A stretch of 64,000 nt of DNA from contig OZ296658.1 in the NCBI GenBank assembly GCA_965655095.1, positions 57,908,001 to 57,972,000 of the forward strand, written 5' to 3'. The position numbers were made by a program, and so were the translations under genes. Source of the DNA: Haplodiscus bocki (taxonomy: Eukaryota). The notes under the pieces are model-generated. The model did not search any database. It had not been told where the DNA came from and saw only the letters and a program-made list of their open reading frames with translations. Shown piece after piece: positions 23,551 through 36,869 of the stretch (positions within the stretch are counted from its first letter, which is position 1; each line of letters begins with the position of its first letter).

Positions 23551-26500
23551 ACGACTTAGTGTCGAGAGTGCTGTTACAAACTAAAGATGTCTGTAAGACC
23601 CATGATGAAAAATTAACTGTTTGAATCTTCCATGCTAGTCTCTTTCTTGCTGTTGGAAAAATCACCTGGATTTATGGATTTGAAATTCAAAATTAGTAAA
23701 GAAATTTCCAAAAGTTATTTTTATGCAACTGATAACCAGTATTTATTGATTCCTTTTGTAACTCAAGATATCTTGCATTTGGTTGTGTGTACTCCAAAAC
23801 AAATGGATGGATTTCATGGATTTGATTTTTTGTGTTAAAATGTCAAGTTGTAATAAATTCCTTCGAACACCTTCTTTGGAAAAATATTGGAACACCATTT
23901 CGAATTGAAGCGTCTTTCAAATGAGACAGAAGAAATCATTTGTACGGATGAAACCAAAATTAGCGAAAATTGCCCGCGTTTCATTATCCCACCCAGAAAA
24001 AGTAAGCTATTGTTTTGTTACTTCAAATTTGGATCATCTTCGCGAGATATTTACCTCACCGTTTGAATACCGAAACTTTCCGACCACTTTTTAGCGCAAA
24101 AAATCGATGAAGAAAAAAGTGCATCAAAGCTAGCTTTCAGTACATAACAGTTTTGGATATTCAAACAGCGATAAAATTTAGGTTGAAAACGGGTTTCCTG
24201 ATAAAAAACACGGTTTGTGACAAAAAAGAAATTGTGCACATTCTCTTGTATAAGGTTTATTGGAGAAAAAAACTGTCAGAAGCGACTTTTTGGATTGCAC
24301 CAATGATTGATTGCTTGTTTAAGAAGCGATGTTAGCTAACAAAATGGCATTGGTAAAAGTATAGCAGAAATGACCCCAGTAGGAAATCAGGAAAAGTTTG
24401 TAAGAGTTCATAGGTTACGAAACACTTTTTGAATGATTTTGGATAATTTATATTAGATTTTCCCTGCCGAAATTTTTTTCTGCTGTGACGTCTTTCAAGT
24501 TCCCTCAAAGATTTTAGTAAAACTCATCGGCGCTTTCTAGGTTCGCTTTCAAAAATTGGCAGAACGAAAATAAATGAAGTTTTGCAAGTTTTTGGATGAA
24601 GCCTATTTAATTTTACAAGTGACAGACAACCTTAAAACTTTGACGAGCGTTACAAAAGAAGAAAAACAGATTAGGCTTATAAGTACCCATACCGAGACAC
24701 TAACCAAACGAAGATTAGCTGAAAAGTTGAAGCGTCAAAGAAATAACAAATATGAGCACCTCTAATGTAGTAGTGATTGAGTCAACAGAGGTGCGAGAAG
24801 TTTTACGTTTTCTAATTTACCTTGACATATTGAACAAACTTTTGCTGCTGCAGCGAAAACAATCAAAAAGCATCTATGCTAAATGTCTGATCTTTCCATG
24901 TTTGATGAAAATTTTGACTGCATACATGCATGCATTTTGCATGTCTTATCTGCACGTCTAACTAGGGGATTGAAGCCAAAGCAGAAATTTCCCAGTTCAA
25001 ATTATGCCACCCAGTATCCTCAATTTCCATGAGAGGATTTTAGCCGGAAATCTTCATGAGTCCCACTGGTGAGAAGTCTATTTGTCACGCCAAGACGAAC
25101 CTCTTCCTAACACATTCACTCCCAATTTGGCATAATAGGAAGGAGCTTACGCAGATCCCTCAGTTTCGGAAAACGTAGTGAACAGCGTCCAGACCACGCA
25201 TTGACAACACATTCTTTCCATGGGCTCTAGAACACCCGTTGAAGAGCAATTAGCCGTCATGTTAAAGCGGTAATAGGAATAAAATATATTCTGACACGCA
25301 TTTGTTGTTTTGTTAAACTAGGACACTTTTTCACAGGCTTGCGTGAAGAAAATGTATCCTGTATTTTTTTTACAATTCAGATCAATTGAAGTACCGAGGT
25401 TAAAAAAATCAAATTAAATTATTGTGCATTCATTGCAGTGTTTTTTCGAAGAGTTTTTGGACCACACTTGTCCATGCATAAAAATTTCTTACTCTTGGGA
25501 CTTCCAGTATCAATCCTCATGCTCAAACGCTCCAGTATTTTATGCATTATAAATCCAAGACGATAGTTGTTTTCCCTAATTGAGAGGTAATATATTACTT
25601 GCAAGACTCTGGCAGGAATTTTGCAAAACATAAATTTTTTGCGCAAGAATCTTACAAAACAATGCAATCCTTGCAAGATACTTACAAAACAATGCACTCC
25701 TTGGAAGATTCTTACAAGGCAATGCTTTCCGTGCAAGATTTTCGAAAGAATCTTGCGAGTAATGCATTTAGATTTGCAAGACTTCTCCAAGTATTGAATT
25801 TTTGCCTATGAATCAAGACTAATACCAGAAGCAATGAAAAAATTTAACAACCTGCTTTAGGCGATTAACTTGACAACTTTGTTGAGAATGACCAGCTGAG
25901 ACTTAAAGAAATTATATGAGAATTAACTTGAAGATTGTTGATGATTAACTCTTTGAAACATAATGAAATTACAAGAAAAGCTCAAGTATTTTACTTGAGT
26001 AAGAATCGGTAGTCCATTGACCCAGAAAAGCTCCAGTTTGAATGACGGTGGAGCTAATTATAGTTATAACTTCCTTTTTGAGCGTTTTACTGATTGAGAA
26101 AAGCTATAAACACGAGGCGCAACAGCACTCCGATATTTTCCGTCAACGGTTCAAAATTGAAAGTGCTAAAAACTTTATCAAAAACAAAGGCACACTAAAG
26201 TGCGACAAGGGTCACTCTTAACCTATTATAAACAATTTTTAGACTAAAAGTGGTGTGCTTAAAACAGATTTCTAGGTGTCAAGAAGAACTTCTGCGATTT
26301 TCAAACGTTTTGAACGTTTTCTTTTTGGAAATTTACCAAATTTTTCCTGTATAGATCGGATTCTGAGCGAAAAACTTTTGGCTGGTCTTCTCGAAACGGC
26401 ACTCTACGTGCCCTGGTGAGCGATTTGAATGGAAAAAACTTGGATCTTTTTGAAACTTTCTTTAGTTTTTTTTTACTTTAAGCAAAACAAATCGGCTGAT

Positions 26501-27063
26501 GTTCGGGTGTTATCAATATAGCATTCTACGTGTCCCGAGGAACATTTTGATTGATTTTTTAAACTGAAAATATTCGAAACTTCATTTTTTTCCGAAAAAT
26601 TAATTGGATGGTGTTGTCTATTTACAGAAATGCCTAATTCGTCTGTGAAATGACTCTGGAAGCAAAAATGGATCAAAATAAACCGCTGTCTCAGCAGTTA
26701 AAACTGAAGAATGTTCCGCAAAAAACCATATTGTTCAAAAAATTGCAAATCACTCAGGCAAAAGTTTTAACATTATTGAAATTAGTTTTCTGATGCCAGT
26801 TGGGGAAAAATTGGTCACAGAAAACTTTGAGAAACCTTTGGACAATGAATTCGTAAACATTTGAAACATAGTCCCTGAAAAAAATCAAAGCGCTGAAATG
26901 CTAATACCAAAACTTTCCTGGCGTCAGACAAATAAACCGCTATGTATTGAAAAAATAATTGATGATAACTACTTTGAAAACTTTTTAGGTGGTATATTTT
27001 CATTTTGACAGTTGATTATTTGATGTAGACTATGAAGGAATGTGATAAAAAAACAGATATTAC

Positions 27064-28470
27064 TGTGATGAGTCTCTTCCTGCTCCGTGTCGTTGATATT
27101 ACTAGAGTGGCAGGTAGAGAACACCGCTTCGGGACAGGGATAGTTTAGGGAACGATCCCCAGAGGGTTTCCGGTTTTCTAAGTAGTTGTTCCTGGATGTT
27201 CCCGGAACAGCTACGGAACAAGTCCGAAATTTACTCTTGAGCCATTCCCGCATCAAATGTGTTTTGTGACAGACTGTTCCTTGTAATTTCTGGTACTTCT
27301 CTCGAGACTGCCGCTAATTTTCTTTCATTCTCCAGCGTCGCCACGATTCGGAGGGGAAAGTTCTGTCCATTGTGAAGACTGAATTGGATTTTTAAATATA
27401 GAACAAAAGCGAATATCTCCTGTGATTATCAGAGAAAAGTTTTAACGAAAACAAACAGTTAATGACCAGAAACAAAAGTAATACCAAAAACTGCGATTCA
27501 TTTAATAACATAGTACTTTCGTTTCTCCTATTTATACCTTTTCCTTGGGGGAAAATATCTTTGTTTGCACGCCAAAATAAGGTACAAATAGGGAAAAGTA
27601 CTTTAATCACTCTATCTATAAAGGAAAAATGCCGACTTTAGCGGGAAATAAAACACCTCTCCGTCCATATCTTCCTTCATGGACCTCGACTTTTCCATCT
27701 TTGGACGGAAAAAATACGTGTCCAATCCGTCAGAAATGGACTTCAAAGTGGTTATTCCCGCGCCGACACAATAAATAACATCATATGCAAAAGATCCCAC
27801 AGGTTTTCCAAATTTAAAAAAAATAAATCGACAAGTAAGTGAAATACATAAAATAATGTACATATTAAGGATGGATAAAATTTATGTTTACATGTGGTTA
27901 CAAACTGCATTGATTAAATCCACTGCTGGAAACAAAACTAGGTTTTTTCCTATTCCGTTCCACAATTCTATTAGCTCGTGCCTCACCTAGGCCGAAGCGT
28001 TCGGGACCGACCACGTATCCGCTTGTACCACTGCTCCGCGCAGTGCTACTGAGGAGAATTAATCGGGTGGCTACGTAACCGTTCTGTGTGTGTCCAAGGT
28101 GACACATCATAATAACACAGCGGATTGATTGACATTCTAATGACGTCACCAGATTGGTTACGACGGAACATATGCGGAAAAAATATTCACTTTTAAAGTC
28201 ACGCTCTGTAATAATAGTTATAATGGTTATTGAAAACTTGTTGACACTGTCAATCTAGATTAAAATTACTGCACTATTAACTTTAAAAGTTGGATTTTTA
28301 ATTAAATTAAAACTTAAATTAGTTATAAAACTACCACCTAATAATGATATGAAAATACAGTAAATGAATATCCGTTTGTTCCGTAGTTGCTCCGTCCCAA
28401 TCTGGATCAATTCACCGGGAATACACCTATCGGATACATGCTTTTATATGAAGTATATATTTTGGAACAA
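27064..28470 (-). mobile_element. Solo-LTR-like element, family A, copy 3 (5' end not resolved)
   Basis: Reverse-complement homology to copy 2 (GATCCAGATTGGGACGGA, GTGACGTCA, TCGGCGCGGGAATAA, TATAAATAGGAGA at 27536). ORF VATLENERKLAAVSRE (27344-27064) has an internal deletion and ends ...CATCACA. Confidence 0.75.
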
Positions 28471-31244
28471 TACGTAGCTGCTAGATGAAAGAAAATGTTT
28501 CGCGGCCATTTAAAAATATGATACCAAAAAACTGAAGAAAGGGTAGAAATAATTTCACTTGAAGAGTACTTCTTGAGCATTTTTTTATTCCCGTCATGGT
28601 TTAGGGAGCATGAAAAGTTGCTAGGTAAATCAAAAGAGCGCAAACTCATTTCGAATTGTAACCGAAAGAAAACTTGGGAAGATCGTTCCGAAGTTTAATA
28701 ACTACTTCCTGCAAAAAATTTTGAAAAGACCAGACGTTGAATATGTTTTCAATTATTTTTTTTCAAAAGTAAATCGTTGGAGGAGTGATCTCATTTCATT
28801 CAGTGTTCGACGTTATGGGAAGATGGAGATTGGACAATCAGCGGCAACAAGACTCGATGCACGGTGATGGATAATCTAACTGAAACACAGACCTAGGCAG
28901 TGATAATTCCTTCTTTTTTGTTTGAGTTTAATGTTTTTGAAAACTATCTCTTTCAGATCAAGACATTTATTTTTGCCGGTTGAAACTTTACTTTTTTTTC
29001 TGTCGCGTTGTATACCTTCAAGAGTGCAATTTTGTTGCACGAGTAGTATAATTCTTGCTAGTTTCTTGCAAGACGCATTTCCTTCTGGTAAGCTTTTTGC
29101 AAGAGTGATCTGTTTCTTGTATGGTTCTTGCAAGGCTTATGTTATTCGTGCAAGATTCTTGCAAGAAAATTGTTTTTCTTCGGAAGATTGCTGGAAGATA
29201 CTTGTAGTAAAAATGCATTGTCGGGCAAGAGTTTGCAAGGTAGCTTGCAAGAACCTTCCAAGAATCTAGTTTTTTTTTCTGCGAGGATGTCCATGAACTG
29301 CCAGCTCAATCTCTGTGAGGACGTCACTCTTCAAAACCTCAATTTTTTACTTCTTTTCTGAACAATCTCAATTACATCATAAAAGACAATTTGTCTAAGA
29401 TTGTGAAACTGATGTTACAAAATATTCTATTTCTTTAATCGATCAATTCAACTTGGTTATTTGATAAAAAAACATGGAAACACTAAGCACCACAGAGCAA
29501 AAATAGCACTCAAAAATCAATGCGTTTCTTCAAGGAAGACCCGGTGGTCTGGAATAAAACTCAAGAATCATACAACCAAAACAGTTTCGAAGCTTTTATT
29601 GGATATACCATATATGAGTTGTATTTCAAACATTGGAAATGAAAGTACTTCAAATTAGCTCACATCTTTCAGAGTGGTATAAAACATAATCAAATTTAAA
29701 GTGGAAATACTGGCAAAGTGCTTGCTAATTTTGTGAGAAGAAATTAGACATTTGATTAATTGAACATGGTATATTTGATTTTCTTGCCGAAGGAATCAAA
29801 ATGTGACAAACAATGAAACTGGTACGTTTCGATTGGGAGGTTTGTTCCAGCCTTTTTGAGTGAATCAAGTTTTCAATCAAACCAAAAGCATTTTTATCTC
29901 GAAAACAATACCCATTAAATTTTCAGAGCTCTAACGTTGTTGATGATTGTGAGCAAACAAAAAGTCGCCACATCTTTCAATTGGACTCTTCTGTTTCAGC
30001 TAACGGCAAAAAACTTCGGGCCGAACAGTAATTTCAGCTGACATTACTTATGAAGTCTCCCTTACAATATAGGTAAAATGCATTTTCTATCTATACAAAA
30101 AATGACAGTTTCTCGGAAAACACGCTAATTTTCAAATTATTTTTCTGAATTATTTTACTCGTACTATTATGATTTCGAGAAAAAATGATATCACCAAAAT
30201 ATAGCAATGGGAATGAGCAACTTGGTATTATTGCGTATAACGTGTTTTTGAACCAAAACTTGAGGTTTCTTCGGTTTTAACTGAAAAAAATCCTTTTCCC
30301 CCGAAACAACATCTTCTTTACTAAATGCATTTCTTTCAGACAAATGAACGTGAAAAAAAACGCAAATTAACTGCGCATTTTGGTTTTTCTTCTCCAATAC
30401 TACCAACAAACTAGAGGCTCTCAGCTCAGGAAAACTGACCCAACGCTAAATCAACCAATCAAACTACTACAATATAAAATATTTCGACTCAAAAATCAAG
30501 ATATTTGGTGAAAAGTGAAAATGAGAGACTACAGGAAAACCTTAGAAACTGAGGCAAGTTTTCATTGATTTTGTGTTCTGGATATCTACATAATGTTGAA
30601 TGTACTATTCGAGAGCGTTGAAATCTAACTCGACAATATTTTGGCCCATTTTGATCAGTTCTTGACTTCATTCTCCGACAGGAGGGACAAATGGGAAGTT
30701 TTGGTTTGGCATTGGCCTGGCCTTGGGTTAGGGAAGCTGAAACAGGAAAAAAATTTTTGCTTACCTTGAAATTTTTGACATTACAGTCTCCACAAGTAAT
30801 GCAAAATCGCAAAATTCTACAAAATTCTAGAAGTATCTCGGCAAGGAAAATCTTCCTTGCATTACTCATTGATATATTACAATTGATGCATGTCAGCAAA
30901 GATCCTCGCTCCCCCCGTCGTCATGCCGTGCGAGGTTCTCAAGACACCAGTTTCCCTGTAGTACGGGGGTCATGTGTTTGGGCGTTGAGCACGCCAACTT
31001 TCCCTTTGGTAGTTTTCGCCAATTTGTTGTAGTTCAAATCATTTTTAAACTGAGTAACCTTTAAGACCTGCTCATTAAAGGGCTGCAAGTTTGCCGGAAT
31101 TCTTTCTTCATAAAGTTCGAGTTAAACCCGGTAGTTATTATAATAACTTAATGCAGCAAATGAAGATGGAGCATTTGTTTGTAACCAGCAAGAATTCTAC
31201 TCAACACAACTTGGAAAAAAAGCATTCAGATTCAAACTGTTGGA

Positions 31245-31995
31245 ACTTTGCAAGACTAGAACTAAGAAGTCAAGTCCGGATATGTTCAACCTTTATGCAG
31301 TCTTGACTAGTCATGACACGGTTACTGACGTAGGCAGAGCTTCCACTTTTAGGCGCATTTTCAACTCCCGTTCATTACAAACGAAAAGTAAAAAAATGAA
31401 GGACCTTCCGAAAACATGGGTTTTAACGGAAAACCAGTTTGAAGATTTCAGGCGGTAAAAAGAACAGAAACAATATTCTTGACCTTTCAGAAAAACCCAA
31501 TGGAAAACAAAGAACCCTACATGTGTCAATCGATCATGGCCCTCGTAAACAGTAAGGGTTAAAATAGAAAAAAAACTTGAAAAGAAAGAGAATCAAGATG
31601 AAAACCATTGGAAGTTTGCAAAACTAGAACTACGAAGTCAAGTCTTGACATGCTCAACTTTTACGTAATCTCAATTGGTCATGACATGGTCAATCATACT
31701 GACAGTTCTACCACGTGCCGGAGCAAATTCAAAGCTCCACCAATAAAAACAAAATTACAAAATGTGAAGCTCCTTCCGAAAACATGGGTTGCACCAAATA
31801 ACCGTTTGACGATTTCAGACCCAAAATTCAAAATTTTAAATTTGGGCATTAGAGAACATAACGAAGGAACTACAAGACCCCAGAGGCAACAAATGGAGAT
31901 GAACCTTGTAACCAGGAAGAAATAAACTAAAATTAGTTTGAGAGAGGCATCCAAGTTAAAACTGTCAAAACTTCTGCAAGACTCCAACTAGTCTA
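31245..31995. repeat. Diverged ~360 bp tandem duplication (2+ units)
   Basis: TGGAACTTTGCAAGACTAGAACTAAGAAGTCAAGTC (~31251) vs TGGAAGTTTGCAAAACTAGAACTACGAAGTCAAGTC (~31609); partial third at ~31970. Confidence 0.7.
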
Positions 31996-32216
31996 GTAGT
32001 AAAATGAACTCTTTTGTACACTTGTTTGGCTGTGGCACGTTCAATGGCACTATCAATACCGCCAGGTGCAGGCCCAGACTCCGGTCCCCTGCCGTTCTCC
32101 CACACTTTCGACGAAATATGCTCTAAAAGCTTCGTAATCTTTTGTCAAGTAAATGATTGACTGTGAGTTTCTTATTCTTCATGGAGTGAGAAAATCAGTT
32201 TTTTGAAGACACAAGT

Positions 32217-32358
32217 TTTTTCTGGTATAACAGCGTTAACGGTGTTCCTTGTCGGTATAAAGGCGTTAACGGAGTTTTTTGTCGGTATAAAGGCGTTAAC
32301 GGCGTTTTGCTTGTAAGTTAACGGCGTTAGCGGCGTTAACGCCGCTATACCGGAAAAA
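32217..32358. repeat. Small foldback/MITE with 30-bp internal tandem repeats
   Basis: Ends TTTTTCTGGTATAACAGCGTTAACG / CGTTAACGCCGCTATACCGGAAAAA are inverted; three GTCGGTATAAAGGCGTTAACGG-like units inside. Confidence 0.7.
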
Positions 32359-33399
32359 TAGCGGCGTTTTCCCAAAAAAGTTCGAACCGGGTAATTAGCG
32401 TTGTTCTCTTCGATTTCAGACTGCTCGCTAGGTTTTCTGCGTTTACGGACATTTTTAGATGTATATTGTGTGAGTACGTTTTACCAGTTCTGAGAGTTCT
32501 GCTATTGTGGGAAAAGCTGAAAAGCTCATGCTCGTAAAGGAGATTTAAAGTTTCGAGCTTAGTTGAGAGTTGTGGCTATTAATTACAGTAGTCTAGTCTG
32601 AAGGTATAGCAGACTAGACTAAAAAAATTTACCAAAAACACAGTCTTTCCTGTGTACCTACACAAGATACATCCTCTTCATTCCATTCCTCGTCTATTTC
32701 TCCTGCGTACGTATACAGGAAAAGTTTATTTTTTGTTAACTTTCATTACTGTAGTCTACAATACCACCCCACAACGCTAGGTTGATTCCCCTTTCACTCG
32801 AATCTCAACGTTCTGATTCTCCCTTTGTTCGAACTTGGAGCATTTGCTTACGACTGCTCAGCTCCCGCTCCACCTTGTCACCTTTTGTTAATGCAAAAAG
32901 ACATTTAAAAATATTAAAACCAAAGGTTGTACACATGAAAGACATAAAAAGTAACATCTAAAAAATTATTTTCTAAAAAATTCATTTTCGCTAAAATCGT
33001 CACTAAAGCTCGTATCAATGAGGGTACACAGGAAAGACTTTAAAAAACATATAAAAAAAGTTTCATAAAGAATCATATTCACCCTAAACTACCCCAAAGT
33101 TCGTATCAATGTTAGTACACAGGAAAGACAAAAAAATATTTTCTGTACAATTTCGTTTTACATGATTTTTTTGATAATACAATTATACACCTTAGAGAAC
33201 CTGCAATTTTAATTTCAAGTTGTACTTTCAATAATATTTATATAACATTGCTTCTCATCGAAGGGTGATTGTGTACATTTACGTATCCGTTGAAAATACA
33301 TTTCTTTATTAATTTATTGAATTATATAATCATCACAATCTTTTTTATATGGAGGAAGGTAGGCTTCGATATAATTCATTTCGAAAAGTTTTGTTTGAA

Positions 33400-33790
33400 A
33401 AAATGGATTGTGATATTCAAGAAAACAAATATTGTGCTAATGACAAGGAGTATAAAAAAAATTTTGTGAAACTCAGGATAAATTTGCAATAGATGGTTTT
33501 TATCAGAACCATTTAAAACCCAAAAATCATACAGATATTTTTCTTAAAAATAACGAATAAATAGTTCATCATCACCAAATAATTCAAACCAAAAAACTTT
33601 AGAGATGTACAAAATCTCTATCAAGTCCAAGCTTCTATGGATATGACATTAAATGAAATCAAATGATTAACTTCAGCTTGTTTGAATGAAATTGTCAACC
33701 TCTGATAAATGGTATGACCCAATACAAGTATATTGGTCGTTATCGTCTAGGGGTAAATAAAATATTCAATCCAAATCGCTCTCTTTTATA
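33400..33790 (+). pseudogene. Possible packaging ATPase (A32/FtsK-like) C-terminal remnant
   Basis: Fragments FRDVQNLYQVQASMDMTLNEIK*LTSAC..KYIGRYRLG recall Polinton-like ATPase C-termini; Walker motifs not visible. Confidence 0.35.
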
Positions 33791-33800
33791 TTTTGGTTAA

Positions 33801-34633
33801 ATGAGTACATATCTTTAATTAACGGAAGATTTGATTACCTTAGGTAAAATAGCAGAACAACAAAAAACTCAACGGGCAAAAAAAATTCTAAAAAAACAAA
33901 CTAAACTCGTGATAAAAAGTAGCGGAAAGCTTTAATTTTATAATTTAAGAATTAGAAGATAGAAGAGGTGGATAATTCTACTAAAAAATTAGAAAAACTA
34001 TTTGAAAAAACGACTCAACTAGCTACATATAACATCAAACCCGCTTTAAAAAATTCTCAAAGTCAAATATCTAAACTTGTAACAACTTGCTTTTTCTTGA
34101 AACAATTAGTAAAACGAATGATAGTCAAAACTTTTTTCACAATAACAAGAGATCCTGAAGGTAGGCTCTCATAGAATGGATATGATATCAACCCTTCAGA
34201 AAAAATTGGAATAGAAATCAATGGGGAGGCCTATCACTTAACACCAAAGATTCAGACCGCTTTCACTGATACGAGATACAAATTCAACAACATCGACATG
34301 AAATGTGAAGAAGTATTATCTTTTACAAAAATCCTACAAAGTGCTGGAAAACGATCTGATAATATGTGTAGGTAAAATTTTGAACCCTCTTTTACCATCA
34401 CCAACCATTGGAGATGAAGAATCTGATGATTTAAAACATCGATGTGTCAGAATCATCATCCCTTCAAATATATATGATATAAGAACCAGATTAGAAGTCC
34501 TCTTAGAACCAAAATTAACTGATCATACCGATATCCTAACAGAAGCATCAAATTTAAAAGACGAATTACAAAAAAAAGGTGAAATGCAAAATGAACAGCA
34601 ATATCGAAATGCTCTTGACACATTTCGTTCTAA
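33801..34633 (+). pseudogene. Polinton-associated hypothetical protein remnant
   Basis: IIIPSNIYDIRTRLEVLLEPKLTDHTDILTEASNLKDELQKKGEMQNEQQYRNALDTF, directly upstream of the penton-like frame. Confidence 0.45.
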
Positions 34634-35418
34634 ATGGAGTTTCCTAGTAACTTTTGGAGCAAACTGTTTCTATTACAAACCCTAAAGTAGAAAAGCCTAT
34701 GTTGAAAGTTATGGATAAATCTACACAAGAAGAGCATATATCTCAACTAATACAAACTGAAAATACACAATTCACAGTAGCTGTAATCTTTCTGACTGGT
34801 TATATTGGTATTTTCAATGCTTCATCTGGAAATAATGAATTCTATTCCACAATATCAAATACTGATAAAGATGGTTTCAAATAAATAACAATTCGACCAG
34901 GTGCTTATGAACTTGAATCAATAAAGGATGGAGTCAGGACAAGTTTTTTTGAGGAGGGTCATCTTACTGAAATAGCTTACCAGTTTACAATCAAACCATT
35001 TTTCTAAACTCTAGATAGTATCTTTGAAACCTCCAGACAAGAACTTTTGATTAGTTTTGCTCCTGATGATAGTATAAGACACTTTCTAGGGTTCAATGCA
35101 GACAGGATACAAGAAAAATTGAATTTATTTCCTAATCGGTTGGACATACTATCATTTGGTAACCTTTTGCTTGAAACAGTTATTGCCCAAGGGAAGATTT
35201 TTAACGGGAACGGGTCACGAATGTTAAGCAGCTTCAGAATGGATGTTGATCCTGTTTTAAAATACATCGAAAAATTTTGTGAAGGTGGTCAATGGTATAC
35301 GTTGCATATTATTGATTTTTTGTTGAACATCAAATTCAAATTAAAAAATGAAAACAACGAACTAGTATATTTCAACGGTCAATCGATAACATTCAGATTA
35401 TCACTTAGATTAGTTTAA
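34634..35418 (+). pseudogene. Minor capsid (penton-like) remnant
   Basis: IFNASSGNNEFY..ITIRPGAYELESI..DSIRHFLGF..DILSF..FRMDVDP..FKLKNENNELVYFNGQSITFRL resembles Polinton/virophage pentons. Confidence 0.6.
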
Positions 35419-35639
35419 AGCTTTTTAAAAGACAAAGACATTAAATTAATCAAGATTTACACATAAATATAAAAATAAATCACAAACAGTAATACCAAAA
35501 AGTGGATCATCTACCAATTTACACCCAAATCTACAAAGCTTTAAAAGTAAATTTTTATCAGGTAGCGGTTTTGGAGTTTATAACAGTTCTCCATAAATTT
35601 TTTAGGTTTTTTTGAACCCAACAATTGAGTTCTGCAGGT

Positions 35640-36015
35640 TTTCAATTGATAGATGACGAAAAAACTAATAATTCAATCTTAACAAATAACCTAATAAAAT
35701 TATATCATCAAAATGGTGCTAAAATAGACGATGAAAATTAAAAAATTAAATTCTTTATTGGAGAAAATCCAAACTATATACAAGAAGGTAATGGATATGT
35801 GGAAATCGACAGAAAACTTAGAAAATCTGACAACACTATTTTCATCGTTGCTGCTGATAATACAATTGAAGTAATTATATTAGTTAACAATGCGCTTGCC
35901 TTCACAATTCAAGATTCTTGAATTTCAACATCAGCTGGAACCGAAATAGTGCAAAAGAAATTCGTTGGACCCTTTTCAACTATTGAGATTAGTAACAAAA
36001 AAGATGGAGATAGCC
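35640..36015 (+). pseudogene. Major capsid protein (double jelly-roll) N-terminal remnant
   Basis: LYHQNGAKIDDEN*KIKFFIGENPNYIQEGNGYVEID..LVNNALAFTIQDS*ISTSAGTEI..KFVGPFSTI; position after the penton-like frame. Confidence 0.5.
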
Positions 36016-36869
36016 ACATGAAACAGGGTTACCTCAATGCAGGGATCGAAAACAGGGTTTTAAAAGACTCTTTGGGTTAATCAAATGCCATGTAAAGTAA
36101 ATTCTATTTTTCTGGGTTGAATGTGTTGATTTTTTCTCGTCAAGGTACAAGTAACCGGATAATTTTGGTTTTCTACGGCCTCCTAAAGTTTTTTTTATTC
36201 AGAGGTTTCCTTAGTTGTTGGCCAAATTAGGTTGGGACAATTTCATAATTCGCTATAGTTTCAAAATATTAACCAAGATAGGCAACTATGTTACTTAGCA
36301 AGAGCTTATGAAGTATCTTATCCTTCATGATGAGGTTTCGAAGCAGCTAACTTCACATGGCAGTTTATCATTTTTTTAATCCAAGAATTGATGATTTGCC
36401 ATTCCGTTTTTGAGTTCCAATGTTCTCAAATGCTTTAACACATTCACCACTTTAAACCGAGCAGCGAGTAGAATATTTGACACATACCTTTTAATTGCTC
36501 AATCTCTCTATCTATGGTTTTCTGAAAAAAAATCACACCTTCCTATATTTAAATGTTTGGCAAAACTTTGATCTCAAAAACTTCTTCCTGTGAAGTTTTT
36601 TCCCAAAACAGTGCACGTCAATTTTTTTTATCATATTTTATCATATTTTAACCATTAATGCAAAAAAACTGGACAATTAGGAATAAAGAGAGCAAAATTT
36701 GGTGGTAATCGACACTACATGATAGCTATATCTAGAGTGTATCTCTGTAGGATGTAAAGCTAGCGTTAAAAAATTTGCCCTCCAGTAATCAGATTTTTTT
36801 CAAGTAAACTTTCATTAAATTAGCGTAAATTGACGCACGCACACACATCATATCTCACAATATAAACGA

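Larger units (their letters stand above)
32587..36015 (+). mobile_element. Degenerate Polinton/adintovirus-like structural module
   Basis: AGTAGT start and repeated GTACACAGGAAAGAC motifs, then co-oriented decayed ATPase-like, unknown, penton-like and MCP-like reading frames in very AT-rich DNA. Confidence 0.6.

Noticed and set aside
27059-29375. ATTAC TSD closing LTR copy 3 at 29370
   Set aside because: It would give 2.3 kb including an unrelated repeat, and the terminus lacks the expected TGT/ACA.
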